NCBI GenBank assembly: GCA_964304625.1
Contig: OZ199840.1
Location: 4,614,966-4,678,965, forward strand
Source: Kudoa neothunni
Taxonomy: Eukaryota > Animalia > Cnidaria
Length of the DNA stretch: 64,000 nt
Direction of reading: 5' to 3'
Shown here: one piece after another, positions 52,817 to 64,000 of the stretch
Numbering within the stretch: the stretch's first letter is position 1
Layout of the letters: every line of letters begins with the position of its first letter
Position numbers and translations under genes: made by a program
The notes under the pieces: generated by a model
The model's database searches: none
Told to the model about the DNA's origin: nothing
Seen by the model: only the letters and a program-made list of their open reading frames with translations

Positions 52817-53654
52817 CTTAATTCGATGTTAACGTGCCAAAATCGATTTTTACCAATCAAAAATAAATACATTGATGTATTTGTGGTATGCTTGTTTTTA
52901 ATAAACCCATAATGTTTTCTTGAAAAACTATATTTTTGGAATTAAATAACTTCAAAAAACTCTGCAAGGACGTTAAAATTTTTTAGAAAACTCAAAATCT
53001 ATCATTATTATTTGTAGACTAACAAAATTCACGTATATCTTTCTTTTAATCTCGTAGTTATCTCCAGATTATTGATTTCTCGAGCTTAATATTGATTTTT
53101 TCCGTTGATTTATTGCATCATATAATGAAAAACATAATGTACCTTTCATTTATTTAATCTTTTGCGACAGCGATTTAATAAATTTAATTTAGTCCATGTA
53201 ATTACAAACAACGTTTTATATTAAAAAATATAACGCAGAAAATTAAACAATGTTTAATAATTATATTATCTTCCTAAATCAATACAAAGATATGTTCCAT
53301 TTTGGGTCATAAAATTTGTAGAAATATCTTAATGTTATTTTTGCTATCGAATTTACTTTGCCAAAATCTCGAATTTTAAATTTCAATATAATTGATCTAC
53401 ATTTTACATAATATTATACGTCATACTGTATGTAACATTATAATATAGATATTTATCTATTGTAATAGATAACGATAGTTTCGGCATCTAAATATTCCAG
53501 TTATCCTTTAGAATCTGTATTCTAGATGGAAATAAATTTAGTTTTGAAGTGATCTAATTTAAAACATTACGTTAATATGAATGATGAATAATATTGTTTT
53601 GACTACGAATTTAACTTTATGTCAGAACAATTAAATAATATAATTAAGCATATA

Positions 53655-56600
53655 CAGTCAACAACGGTTATTGCGTAGGTCAGGGGTCGGCAACCTCGGC
53701 ACCCCACCTTACGTAAGTAATGTAAACTACAATATCTAAGGTTAAACCGCGAAGAAATTATATATTTTCTAGTCGCTGAACTCATCATTATGTTCAAATT
53801 TTGAGTTTTCATCGGAAATAAATTATTTTTAATGGAAATCTATGGGCATTGAAATGAATGTATGGTACCACAATTTCATCAACTTTAATTAATTTTCTTA
53901 ATTTGCAACGTAATAGTTAAATAAAGAAAGGAAAGATTCAGAAAAAAACGAATAACTTATAAATATAAAAAATTCCCCACAGAACACAGTCCTATGCATA
54001 GGCAATAATTAACGAGGCAGAATAACTCTAAATTTTCTCAATTTTATCTGCGGTTTTAAATCAAAAAATCGTTTTTTATCATTAATAAAAATTTTTCCTT
54101 AATAAATAGGTTGTAATTAAACTGAAACTACTTAAAAATAAACGTTTCGAGTATTATACAAAATACATCTTATTTTCTGGTATTCACAACATTTTGTAAA
54201 CCATTGAATTAGATTTATGAAAGTGATGATAGTTTTTCCGGTTTAAAATTTTGTTTATTCAACTTTTTTAAATAAAAAAAGTAATTATACATGCATTTTC
54301 ATTCAATTTTATCCATTAAAAAGAATTCTCTTGTGATATTAAACGTTCTTTGGTTTTAATACGAAGAAAATCCCATTTAAATGTCGTTAAAATAATTAAA
54401 TTAAGGAAAATACACTAGAAACTAACTCTTTCACTTTAAAAGATTAAAAGATTAAATTATATGGTTGAAATTTCCTTTTTGCTGACAATAATATTCATGA
54501 GAGTTGATTTTATATCGGATATATTTTGTAGAGGTCAACGGTAAAATTTATAATTCATCATAATGGAAATGATCAAAAACGAAATCACAATATTATTTGA
54601 AGTAATCAGGAAAATTCGAATGCATACTTTTTTTACTTTTATTATCTCTCCTTGCATTGAAATGCTACTAATAAAAATAATAGGTTAATTAGTTGTAGAG
54701 AAACGTGTAAATAGACTAATTGGATAACTTTCTCCAGATTTTTCTTAAATGTGTGTATTCATGATTTCAACGTTTTTCTATTTTAATATTAATAGAAATT
54801 TAACTAATAGTCAATACAGAAAACCAGAAATATTTTTAAAATTATGTAGAAATTTATTAGTACTTTGGATCCCTTACAGGATTACATGTTATTATCTAAC
54901 TCTGAGTAGATTCGTTGATTTTGAACTATAATGATAACATGGATGTACGTTTTTACTTTTAGATTGTTTTATGGTTAAACCAACTCTATTTTATTGCATA
55001 AAAAAGGTAATAATATAAATACGGAACAAATTTCTTCATTAGAACAGAATTTTAATTGCTGATTAAATTCAAAAATATTTTTAGTATATTTAAGGTTATT
55101 GATGTAACTGCGATAAATGGATAATGTTAACAATTTGGATGACATTTAAATATTTTATATAGAAAAATGTGAGCGTACTTACTAAATATAAGTTGATTTC
55201 TTTGATGCATATATCCCTGAGAGCCTAATATGAATGATCAAATTGATGATAAATAAAATATACGTGATCCGATAGAATCTTGGAAGAATCTGACCAACAA
55301 CAACAACAACAACAATCAATAACAATAATATAATTAAATTTTACTTTCTTTCGATTTCATTAGTCAATTAAAATCAATTTTTATTTATTATAATAAATTA
55401 AAGTGTCTATTATTCAAACTTTGCAAGATACGTATATAAACGTGCGAATGGATTAAAAAATTCGTTAAACCTTACATAAGATATTAAAATGATGCAATAA
55501 AAAAATAACTCACATGAATAAAAGTTTGTTAAAATAATCATACTTTAAATTAATTTCGAAACATTTCGAAGTTCTGTTTTTGTGTCTGCGTAATCTAATG
55601 GCTGTATGGAGCAGAATTTTTATTTTGTATTTTCTGAAATCCATAATATTTTATTTTTATGTAACTACTAGTATATTTCATTAGAAAAATAAGTCTTTCA
55701 TCAATGAATTAAATAATAAACAAATAATGAAAAAACTATAACGAGACATTTAAATCTCAATATGTTTGTTGATCATTATGATGAAAATAAATAATTTAGA
55801 AAAGTTCAATATTTCTGTTAAATCTTTTTTGATTAAATTTATTATAAGTGTTATATTTTTCATTGTGAATAACATATAGATTGATACCATTAAAATGTGG
55901 AAAACAACTATTTAAAAAATCCTATGGTAGATATCTTCCAATATTAATGACATATCTTTTAAATTTAGCTATTGAAAACCGCTAAAAAAATTTATAAACT
56001 AAAACATCATTATTGATTAGTGAAAATGATGTCTAATTGTAAAAAATTTTTTAAATACTGAAAACAGGCCTATAATTATAAATGATAAATATTAAAATGC
56101 GAATAATATATTGGAATGAATTGCATTTTTTGGATTTAATTATCACGTTTTTTCCGTCACAATTAAAAATTGACGTTTTTAATAAAAATATTTAAATGAA
56201 TATAAATATAACCGATTATATAAGATGAAATCATAAATTTCAAAATTAAATTAAACGTAAAATAACAACTTCATTCCGAAGACACGCACACCCCTCTATG
56301 TCGTGGTTCCTACGTATATCATTTTCTTTTTCTTATACAACCAAACCTTGGCAAATCCAAATCTGTTTATAATTTAATTCCCAATATTAGATTTAAAGGA
56401 AAATTTATCGAGAATTAATTCAATCAAAAGGAACACCTTTCCAGATACACAAAGACGATCTAGTTTGCCTTTAATCCTCAACTTTTAGAGTTCTTACAAA
56501 TCCAACAAGATGGTTATATCATTATTAATAAGTTTGATCATGGAAAACATGTGAAAATATAGAATCTGGTTTTTATTCTAATAAGAACAATCCATCTAGT

Positions 56601-56822
56601 TTGAATGAAAATTCTCAATATGATGCCAGTCACAATGATAATGACCACATCATGTATTTATTTAGCAATTTTTCTGAAAATTAATGTTAATTAATTCGTT
56701 CTAATGAAAATAATTGAATTTTATATTTCGTGCGCGCACGATTAGATGGATATTACGCACAGAATATGTGTTGCGTACCTTTTTGCCATCCCCAAAAAGT
56801 GCGCAATAACCGTTATTGACTG
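53655..56822 (+). mobile_element. 3.2-kb TA-flanked element with CAGTCAA(C/T)AACGGTTATTGCG TIRs (Tc1/mariner-type ends), no transposase recognised; a hAT end is nested at 53681
   Basis: TA|CAGTCAACAACGGTTATTGCG at 53655 and CGCAATAACCGTTATTGACTG|TA at 56822. CAGGGGTCGGCAACC lies at 53681. The interior is repeated at 10180-11560 and 21015-22170. Confidence 0.75.
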
Positions 56823-57431
56823 TATTATAAGAATCCCAATTGTATTTATTTGGTTTATTAATTTTCGGGTTAAATAAATTTACTTTTATATGAAAAAATT
56901 TTTTTTAATTTTATACGGAATTAATAATTAAAATAATTAGTACAATAATTCAGTAATACCTATATATACTGATAAATCGTTATTTATAATAAATTACCTA
57001 TTAACTAAACTGAAAATAATATTATCAATGCTTATATTTACATGAAAATATTCCAAAAACTATATATAGAAAAATATGCAAAAATTATCTGCATGTATTG
57101 CTATCAATATCTGAGCTATCAGAACAGATAAAAAATAATTTAATACTTCATTGAACATAGGTAATGGTCTTTATGATAATAATATTGTTATTGCCATTTT
57201 ATTATAATCAGGTAAACTCCTAAAAAATTAGTATTATTTGTTGCACTCATACTAAATCAATTTATAATTAATAAAACCATGACTCACGAAAGAATATTCC
57301 AATGATGAATTATGACATAAAAATATATTACATTGGGAAAACTATATCAATAGAAATCTAATAAAACATTATCTGATAGTGCAAAAGATTTGTAGAGGAA
57401 CATTCAATATTTTTTTTGCCATAACACTCGA

Positions 57432-58477
57432 ATGATGTCAAAATATATACGTAAATGTCGTTTCGAAATTGGACCAAAATGGATGCCTTTCATTTTCAAA
57501 TTAGTTTGCATAGTAACTAACGAAATATTCTTAATATTTTATTTTCATAATGTGTTCTAAGTTGGTGAACACGGCTTCAGTTTTATTCGGAGTGATTATC
57601 AGCATTGTTTACGATAAATGGCACCTTATAGCTATGGATTTTACATGGAATAATTCAATAAAATTGATGATTGCTTCATCAGTGTCTATTGTAGTGGCAT
57701 TCATGATAGTGGAAGTGGTCGGGAGAGTAAAACTGCGAATCCCGGCATATTTCGCCGTATTTATCATCTATGAAATTCTCAACATTATTCCGATCGAATT
57801 TAGATGATTCCTGTTATTGTGTTAGGAACGCTTACAATTCTGTGTCCTTTGATTTCTTCTGTGTTGTCAATTCACCACGTAACAGCTCTGTTCATTGTTG
57901 GAAGAAAAAGACGCAAAAATCTATTATATTTAGATGAAAACAACAAAGGAAGATTTCGTCCGAGAAGTGAATCAATCGTTTAAACTCTACGGACACCCTT
58001 TCAGATCCTACTATACTGAGGCAATTGATAAAATACAACAAAGTGGTCAATGTTGCGGTTTCGGCCGTCTCCATTACTACGATAAAACCTATTATGGGAG
58101 GAAAATAGATAAATATCCGGAATCCTGTTGTCAATATGGTTTCGTCGGGGAGTATTGCACAAGAAATATACAAGTAATGAATAATGAGGTGAGTCCAAGT
58201 GATGAAAAAAAGCATCAACATCACTTCTACATTTAGACGTGTGACTACACCTTAGAAAATGTTCACACTCGAATACATATATCTTCAGCGATAATTTCGG
58301 TGTTATGTGTGCTTTCAAACGTAATCCATAAACATATAAGAGTATGATAGAGTTATGCATTTGTTTTAGGTGCTAACAGCTATCACTTACATCCGTGCAT
58401 TGATCAAGGATAACAACAATCAATCTCCCTCAACTTCTGCGTCAATACAGGAGCTTTCGAGGTTAGCACAAATCTAG
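57432..58477 (+). CDS. Divergent tetraspanin (multi-exon)
   Basis: Hydrophobic TM segments (ORF 57550 and about 57805-57890). The large extracellular loop has IQQSGQCCG and YPESCC, the CCG and PxSCC tetraspanin motifs. The last exon is VLTAITYIRALIK..LAQI*. Internal exon borders are only partly resolved. Confidence 0.75.
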
Positions 58478-61324
58478 TTTAATCTATCAACAATAATTTC
58501 TCATTATTAATCACATAATATTTGATTCGTGTGTATTTGAGCAAAAAAATCCACGCTCGTCTGAAATAATGGCGCTATACAACATTATAAAATAGTTTGA
58601 CCCAAACCCGACGAATTTTCGTTCCATGTAATTATTAGTCACTTATTGGATGACTTACTTTCGTAATGAGGATATATTTGATTCGATGAATTATTTAATA
58701 AAAATAATTTTTATCCACAATAATCCCTTTATTTATTTCACCACCGTACGAACTCATGAGAACAAATAATGTATATTGAATATAATTATGACCTCTAAAT
58801 TAAGTATTATTAAGTAAAGAAAATAAATTATTGATTTGCATTAGGAATAATTTATTAAATCCAAATAAGTGATATCAATTAGAATAAGCGATTATAGCTG
58901 AATTAATAATACAGTAAGTAGCAATACTACACAACTTATCTGTCTTTGATGTTGTAGTATTTTTTTTATTAAAATAGTAGAAATACATTTTTAAGACCGT
59001 TATTTTCAAAGTATTCTTTATTTAGAGTATAAATAATATTTGTTGATATATTTATATCCATAATTAAATCTATGGTTACTTCTATGAAATGATAATGATT
59101 ATATTTTAGTTATTTATTTGCTATATTATTATAAAAACAAAGCTTTTTATGTTTGGTCCTCCAATATTTTTAAAGAATGCACCTAAGCAACTTTTTTAAT
59201 TGATCTTTATCACTGTTTAAAATTTTAAGTTATTTTCATGTTCCTTAACTTGAAATTGATTAATTTTTGTTAAATAACTATATAAATTATTAATTCAATC
59301 CGAGCTTTTCTACTTCACCCTTAAGAACAATTGGCTTTAAATATTTTTAATTCAGACGTATTTCATTGTATTGACTATTGATTTTAAACCCATATTTATG
59401 TTCGCCTAGAAGACTCCTATTATATCATATCTATAACTCATTTTTACTGCGATACAACCATTCTAGGACAACATTGTTGTAATACTCACAACAGAAACTA
59501 GCTCTTCCTTTACAATTATTTTTTCAACCAAAATTTGTTTGAATTTCTTACTTTATTAAATCACCCAAATATAAATTTGGATTGGCTGATAAATTATTTC
59601 CTTCCCATTGTTTTTCCGACACCTCACAAAATTTAAAAATATTTGAACATTTTTTATTTAACTCTGATATAAGAAAAATTCTTAAATATTCTACAATCAC
59701 TATTTTTGCGCAATAAATAATCTTCAGGTGCCTATACTTTTGATTATATTTAATTATTTCTGGCCTCTAAGAACGAATCGATTGAATAAAAATAATTAAA
59801 TATACCAGATTTTAAAAAATTAAATCTGGAAAAAGCTTATGAGAAAGAGATGATGAGATTAAAAATAGTCACCGCGCAAACGTAACTGTCGTTTAGGATT
59901 AAATTTATCATGAAGATAACCTCAGCCTTTTTACACATCCAGATACCGAGTAAAAATATAAATAATTTCCCGTTATTTAGTATTTTTTTCAAAAATTCAA
60001 TCATTCAAATTCAAACGAACTGCGTTAATAATAAAAAAAAAATTAAATCCACATAATTAAACCTAAAGAAAATTAGTAGGATTAGTTAATCTGATGATAA
60101 AAACTCAATAATAATTCCCTAGTTAAATTCAGGAAAATTTTAGAGAATTTTGCGCCATTATAATCTTAAAACTATCGTAGAACATTATTTGATTAAACCT
60201 ATAAATTCGTCGTACTAACGAAATTTCGTACCGTTAGACATCTACAGTATAATTAACTGGCGGAATCCTACATTAAGGTTTATAAACGAGGCAATTTTTA
60301 CTCAAAAAAACAACCAACGAGTACAAACGACGAAGTACGATATCATATACATATGACGCATTGACTTACCATATTAATATATTAGATTGCTTTGAATTGT
60401 TCACAGAATCCAATATTATTAAAATTAAACATGCGGATTGACATAAATTTTAATGCTACGTGTAAAACCGAACAAATACGATTTTATCAACGATGAAATA
60501 TTAATAAAGTGCGCGGATAATCACCAAATGGGGGAAAAAAAGTTGGTTTCGATCCATTTCCAACCATACATAAACTACACTTGAGGACACTCAAAATAAT
60601 TTACATGTCAACAACATAGATAAGCACATCCAGCACATATGTAGGCAGCCTGTGTTAAGATTCTAAATAGCTCTTCAATGTTAATCTTAAGCTATCGATT
60701 GCGATATTGTGTAAGAATAGTATTAGTTTATTTTCGTTGACTGGATGAGTATTTAATATGAAATTATCGTGTAAATTATCTCTCGGCTAATTTTTAAATT
60801 TAAATACAGGTGAAAATTATTGTCAGCGTGCATCATGACTACATAGAGTATTTTTGAGGTTATTTAAACCGAAAATTCCCCTCTTTTTATTAGATAGATC
60901 GATACTTAAGTTATTTACTACTCACAAAATATTTTAGTACAAACTCAACCAACTTATAGCTTAAATTTAGTTTGTATTATTAAATCTTATTATCAAAAAT
61001 AATCCTTTTTGTTAATTTATCGAAAAATAAACCCACAATCTGTTGCAATTTCATTATTTTAATTAGCTTTAGTAGGTATCAATCATTCCTATACACATAG
61101 ATAAATAATATCGATCACTAGATATTTTGCTATGTGCTGTTTAAATATTTCTCATATTTAATACCCCGCTCAAAATCGTTTACACACGAGATAGTCTAAA
61201 GTCAAGGTAGTTGTTGTATTACAAGTGGAAGTTGTTAACTGGCATTGTATGATTTGTTTAGTGACGATAAAATCCAATCTAACTATTTTCGCCAACCAGT
61301 TTAGATTGTTTACAGAGATTCTGA

Positions 61325-63994
61325 ATGAGCTATCGTGGAAGAGGTGGTGGTCGAGATGACTATCCCAGAAGAGGTGGATACGATCGAGGCGGCCGTGGAG
61401 GTTCTGACCGACGCGATCGAGGTGGTTACGATAGAAGTAGCTACGACCGTGGTGGTGATCGAGGAGGCTCGCGAGGTCGAGGCAGATATGAAGGTTCAGG
61501 ACGTGGAGGTCCTCGTGGAGGAGGTGCTCCACCTCCAAGACGAGATCTACCACCCTCAACTATCGATGTCAGTACCATAGTTGAAGCATTTAAAACTGTG
61601 TCCGTCGACGAACCAAACACGTTTATTCCCAGCAAAGGCAATGTGTATGGTGAATTTGGTGAGGTGATTCCAATTGTTTCGAACTATTTTCGTGTTGGCA
61701 GTTTGCCACAGACCCAGTTCTCTCAATATCGAGTGACGTTCGAGCCACCAATTGAAAGCATAAGAGTTCGATCTGCAATAGTGCATTCACAGAAAGAAAT
61801 GTTTGGTGAGGCATACACTTTCGATGGAGAGATTTTGTTCCTACCTAAACGTCTTCCCCAAGACATCACCACATTCAATGCACGAAGAACCGCTCCAAGC
61901 AAAAAAGAAGAAGGTGAAATTGTTGAGCATGAAGGTGTTGAATCAGCGTGTGTGGTTACGATAAGTTTCACCAATGTTGTTCCAGCCAATTCACCAAGAG
62001 TGTTACAGATTTGCAATTTGATCTTCAAAAGAAACCTCAAAACACTCGGCTACAAACAAATCAATCGTCATTACTTTGATAATCGCAAGAAGATCGAGTT
62101 CACCGATTATGGATTGGAAATTTGGCCTGGTGTACGCTCGTCGTTCTCATCGATTGGATCCAATTTGGTGTTGTGTTGTGATGTGGCCTATCATGTGGTG
62201 ATGCGAGAAACCGCTTTGGATCGTCTCAAGAATATCTATAACAACCGTGGTAGTGAAGATTTTATCACCAAAGCCAAACAATCACTTATCGGTCAAGTTG
62301 TGATGACACGATACAACAATGCATCCTATAGAATTGATGACATTGACTTCACGTTGAAAACCAACGATAAATTCGACCTCAAAAACGGTCAACAAATTTC
62401 CTACATCGAATACTATAAGTCGCGCTACAACTTGGATATCACCGATCATGGCCAACCAATATTGATAAGTTTCCCAAAAAAAAAGAGAGAACCAAACAAG
62501 AAGGGAGAAACTGGATTGAAATCATTGGAGGATGTACCAGTTCAAGCAGTTCATCTTATTCCCGAGTTGTGCTGCCTTACTGGAATGTCAGATGAGATGA
62601 GAGAGAATTTCCAACTCACCAGAATGATCAGTGATCAAACACGTCTTGATCCCACACAACGAAGTCAAGTGTTGGTGGATATTATTAATTCGATCTACGG
62701 CAACGATACCACCAAGAGCTATATGAATAGTTGGGGTGTGAAAATCGAAAACCGATTGATGTCATTCCCTGGTAGGCGTTATCCAGCCGAACAAATCTAT
62801 GCTGGCAAAGATGTGGCTGTTGCAAGTCAAGATGGTGATTGGACACGGGCTTTACGTGATTTGCCATTGGTCTCGCCGGCCAACATGTCCAAATGGATGT
62901 TGGTGTATTCACGTCGCTCGTCGTCCGAAGTTTCCAACTTTGTTCAACAACTCATTCAAATCTCAGGCAAAATGGGATTCGTTATTTCACCTCCGCGTAC
63001 TGTTGAAGTCCATGCAACCAATGCCGGTGTTATCAAAGATGAAATCAAACACAATTTCAGCTCAAGCTGCCAGTTGGTTATGTGTGTTTTGGATTCCCCC
63101 AAGAAAGATGTGTACGATGCGGTGAAAAGACTGTGTTGTTGTGAGCTGGGTGTCTCGTCACAGGTGGTGCTAGCCAGAACACTCAAAAAGAATGGACTTG
63201 CTTCGATTGTCACCAAAATCGGCATTCAGGTCAATGTCAAACTTGGTGGTGGTGCATGGTATGTGAAAATCCCCATGCAAAAAACAATGGTTGTTGGTAT
63301 TGATGTGTGTCACGATCCCCAATCGAGAAAAAATTCCTATGGTGCTATGGTGTGCTCGATGAATGCCCATTACTCACGCTATTACTCGTGTATCACTGTG
63401 CAACACAGCCAAGGTGAAATCATCGACTCCTTGAGCGCCAACTTCAAATCCGCTCTCCAAGAATACTACAAAATCAACAAATTCTACCCCGAAAAAGTTG
63501 TGGTATTCAGAGATGGTGTTGGTGACGGTCAGTTTGGTGTTGTAGAAGGCTACGAGATTCCTCAGTTTTTGGAGAATCTTAAGGATCTCCCTGGAGGACA
63601 GGAAACTTCGCTTGCCTTTGTGGTGGTCAAAAAGAGAATTACTTCACGTTTGTTCCTGCCCGGCACCGACAAACTATCCAATCCTGGTCCCGGTACAGTG
63701 GTCGATCAAGGCATCACCAAAGCTGACTACCCCACCTACTATCTGATTAGTCAATGTGTGCGTCAAGGCACAGTCAACCCCACCAAGTTTGTCGTGCTTC
63801 ACAATGATTCCAAACTCAAAACCGACCACATCCAACGTCTCTCCTACAAACTCACACATCTTTATTTCAATTGGAGTGGTACCGTTCGTGTTCCGGCACC
63901 CTGCCAGTATGCCCACAAGTTGTGCTTTATCGCCAGCAACAGTGTCCGACATGAACCCAAAAGAACTTTGTCTCACTTCTTGTACTATCTTTGA
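61325..63994 (+). CDS. piwi: PIWI-clade Argonaute (RGG-rich N-terminus, PAZ, MID, PIWI), 889 aa, uninterrupted CDS
   Basis: RG/RGG repeats, VMTRYNNASYRIDDIDF, LIPELCCLTG, KIGIQVNVKLGG, VGIDVCHD, FRDGVGDGQ, YKLTHLYFNWSGTVRVPAPCQYAHKL, and the C-terminal LYYL typical of the PIWI clade. Confidence 0.97.
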   Translation: MSYRGRGGGRDDYPRRGGYDRGGRGGSDRRDRGGYDRSSYDRGGDRGGSRGRGRYEGSGRGGPRGGGAPPPRRDLPPSTIDVSTIVEAFKTVSVDEPNTFIPSKGNVYGEFGEVIPIVSNYFRVGSLPQTQFSQYRVTFEPPIESIRVRSAIVHSQKEMFGEAYTFDGEILFLPKRLPQDITTFNARRTAPSKKEEGEIVEHEGVESACVVTISFTNVVPANSPRVLQICNLIFKRNLKTLGYKQINRHYFDNRKKIEFTDYGLEIWPGVRSSFSSIGSNLVLCCDVAYHVVMRETALDRLKNIYNNRGSEDFITKAKQSLIGQVVMTRYNNASYRIDDIDFTLKTNDKFDLKNGQQISYIEYYKSRYNLDITDHGQPILISFPKKKREPNKKGETGLKSLEDVPVQAVHLIPELCCLTGMSDEMRENFQLTRMISDQTRLDPTQRSQVLVDIINSIYGNDTTKSYMNSWGVKIENRLMSFPGRRYPAEQIYAGKDVAVASQDGDWTRALRDLPLVSPANMSKWMLVYSRRSSSEVSNFVQQLIQISGKMGFVISPPRTVEVHATNAGVIKDEIKHNFSSSCQLVMCVLDSPKKDVYDAVKRLCCCELGVSSQVVLARTLKKNGLASIVTKIGIQVNVKLGGGAWYVKIPMQKTMVVGIDVCHDPQSRKNSYGAMVCSMNAHYSRYYSCITVQHSQGEIIDSLSANFKSALQEYYKINKFYPEKVVVFRDGVGDGQFGVVEGYEIPQFLENLKDLPGGQETSLAFVVVKKRITSRLFLPGTDKLSNPGPGTVVDQGITKADYPTYYLISQCVRQGTVNPTKFVVLHNDSKLKTDHIQRLSYKLTHLYFNWSGTVRVPAPCQYAHKLCFIASNSVRHEPKRTLSHFLYYL

Positions 63995-64000
63995 GGGCAT

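Noticed and set aside
1-57000. Calling the TE-rich region a piRNA cluster because piwi is adjacent
   Set aside because: TE fragments are in mixed orientation, and proximity to piwi is not evidence; small-RNA data would be required.
59900-60850. Possible small multi-exon gene on the minus strand upstream of piwi (donor-like gtaagt at about 60370, Cys-rich stretch at about 60620)
   Set aside because: I could not assemble a consistent open frame; RNA-seq is needed.
61170-64000. Antisense and alternative-frame ORFs over piwi
   Set aside because: Shadows of the piwi CDS and its RGG repeat.

Overview
AT-rich eukaryotic (animal-type) genomic DNA with very short GT-AG introns (mostly about 40-50 nt) and dense DNA-transposon debris (piggyBac, MULE, hAT, TA-flanked CAGT-ended elements, MITEs). 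The style suggests a compact-intron invertebrate such as a myxozoan or orthonectid parasite; this is inference only. Recognisable genes: a myosin essential light chain, a BAZ2/toutatis-like chromatin factor, a divergent tetraspanin, and a PIWI-clade Argonaute with an intronless CDS and an intact D-E-D-H tetrad. The main discovery is split into unrelated-looking pieces in the ORF track: a four-copy family of 10-exon genes (three intact, one pseudogene). It encodes an ~840-aa type I membrane protein: signal peptide, about seven Cys-rich FN3-like beta modules on symmetric phase-1 exons, two stalk micro-exons, a TM helix and a 4-aa tail. The membrane-distal modules carry hypervariable Cys-bounded loops shared between copies in a patchwork, including with the pseudogene. 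The membrane-proximal exons and even the introns are nearly identical. This pattern fits a diversifying surface-antigen or recognition locus reshuffled by segmental gene conversion.
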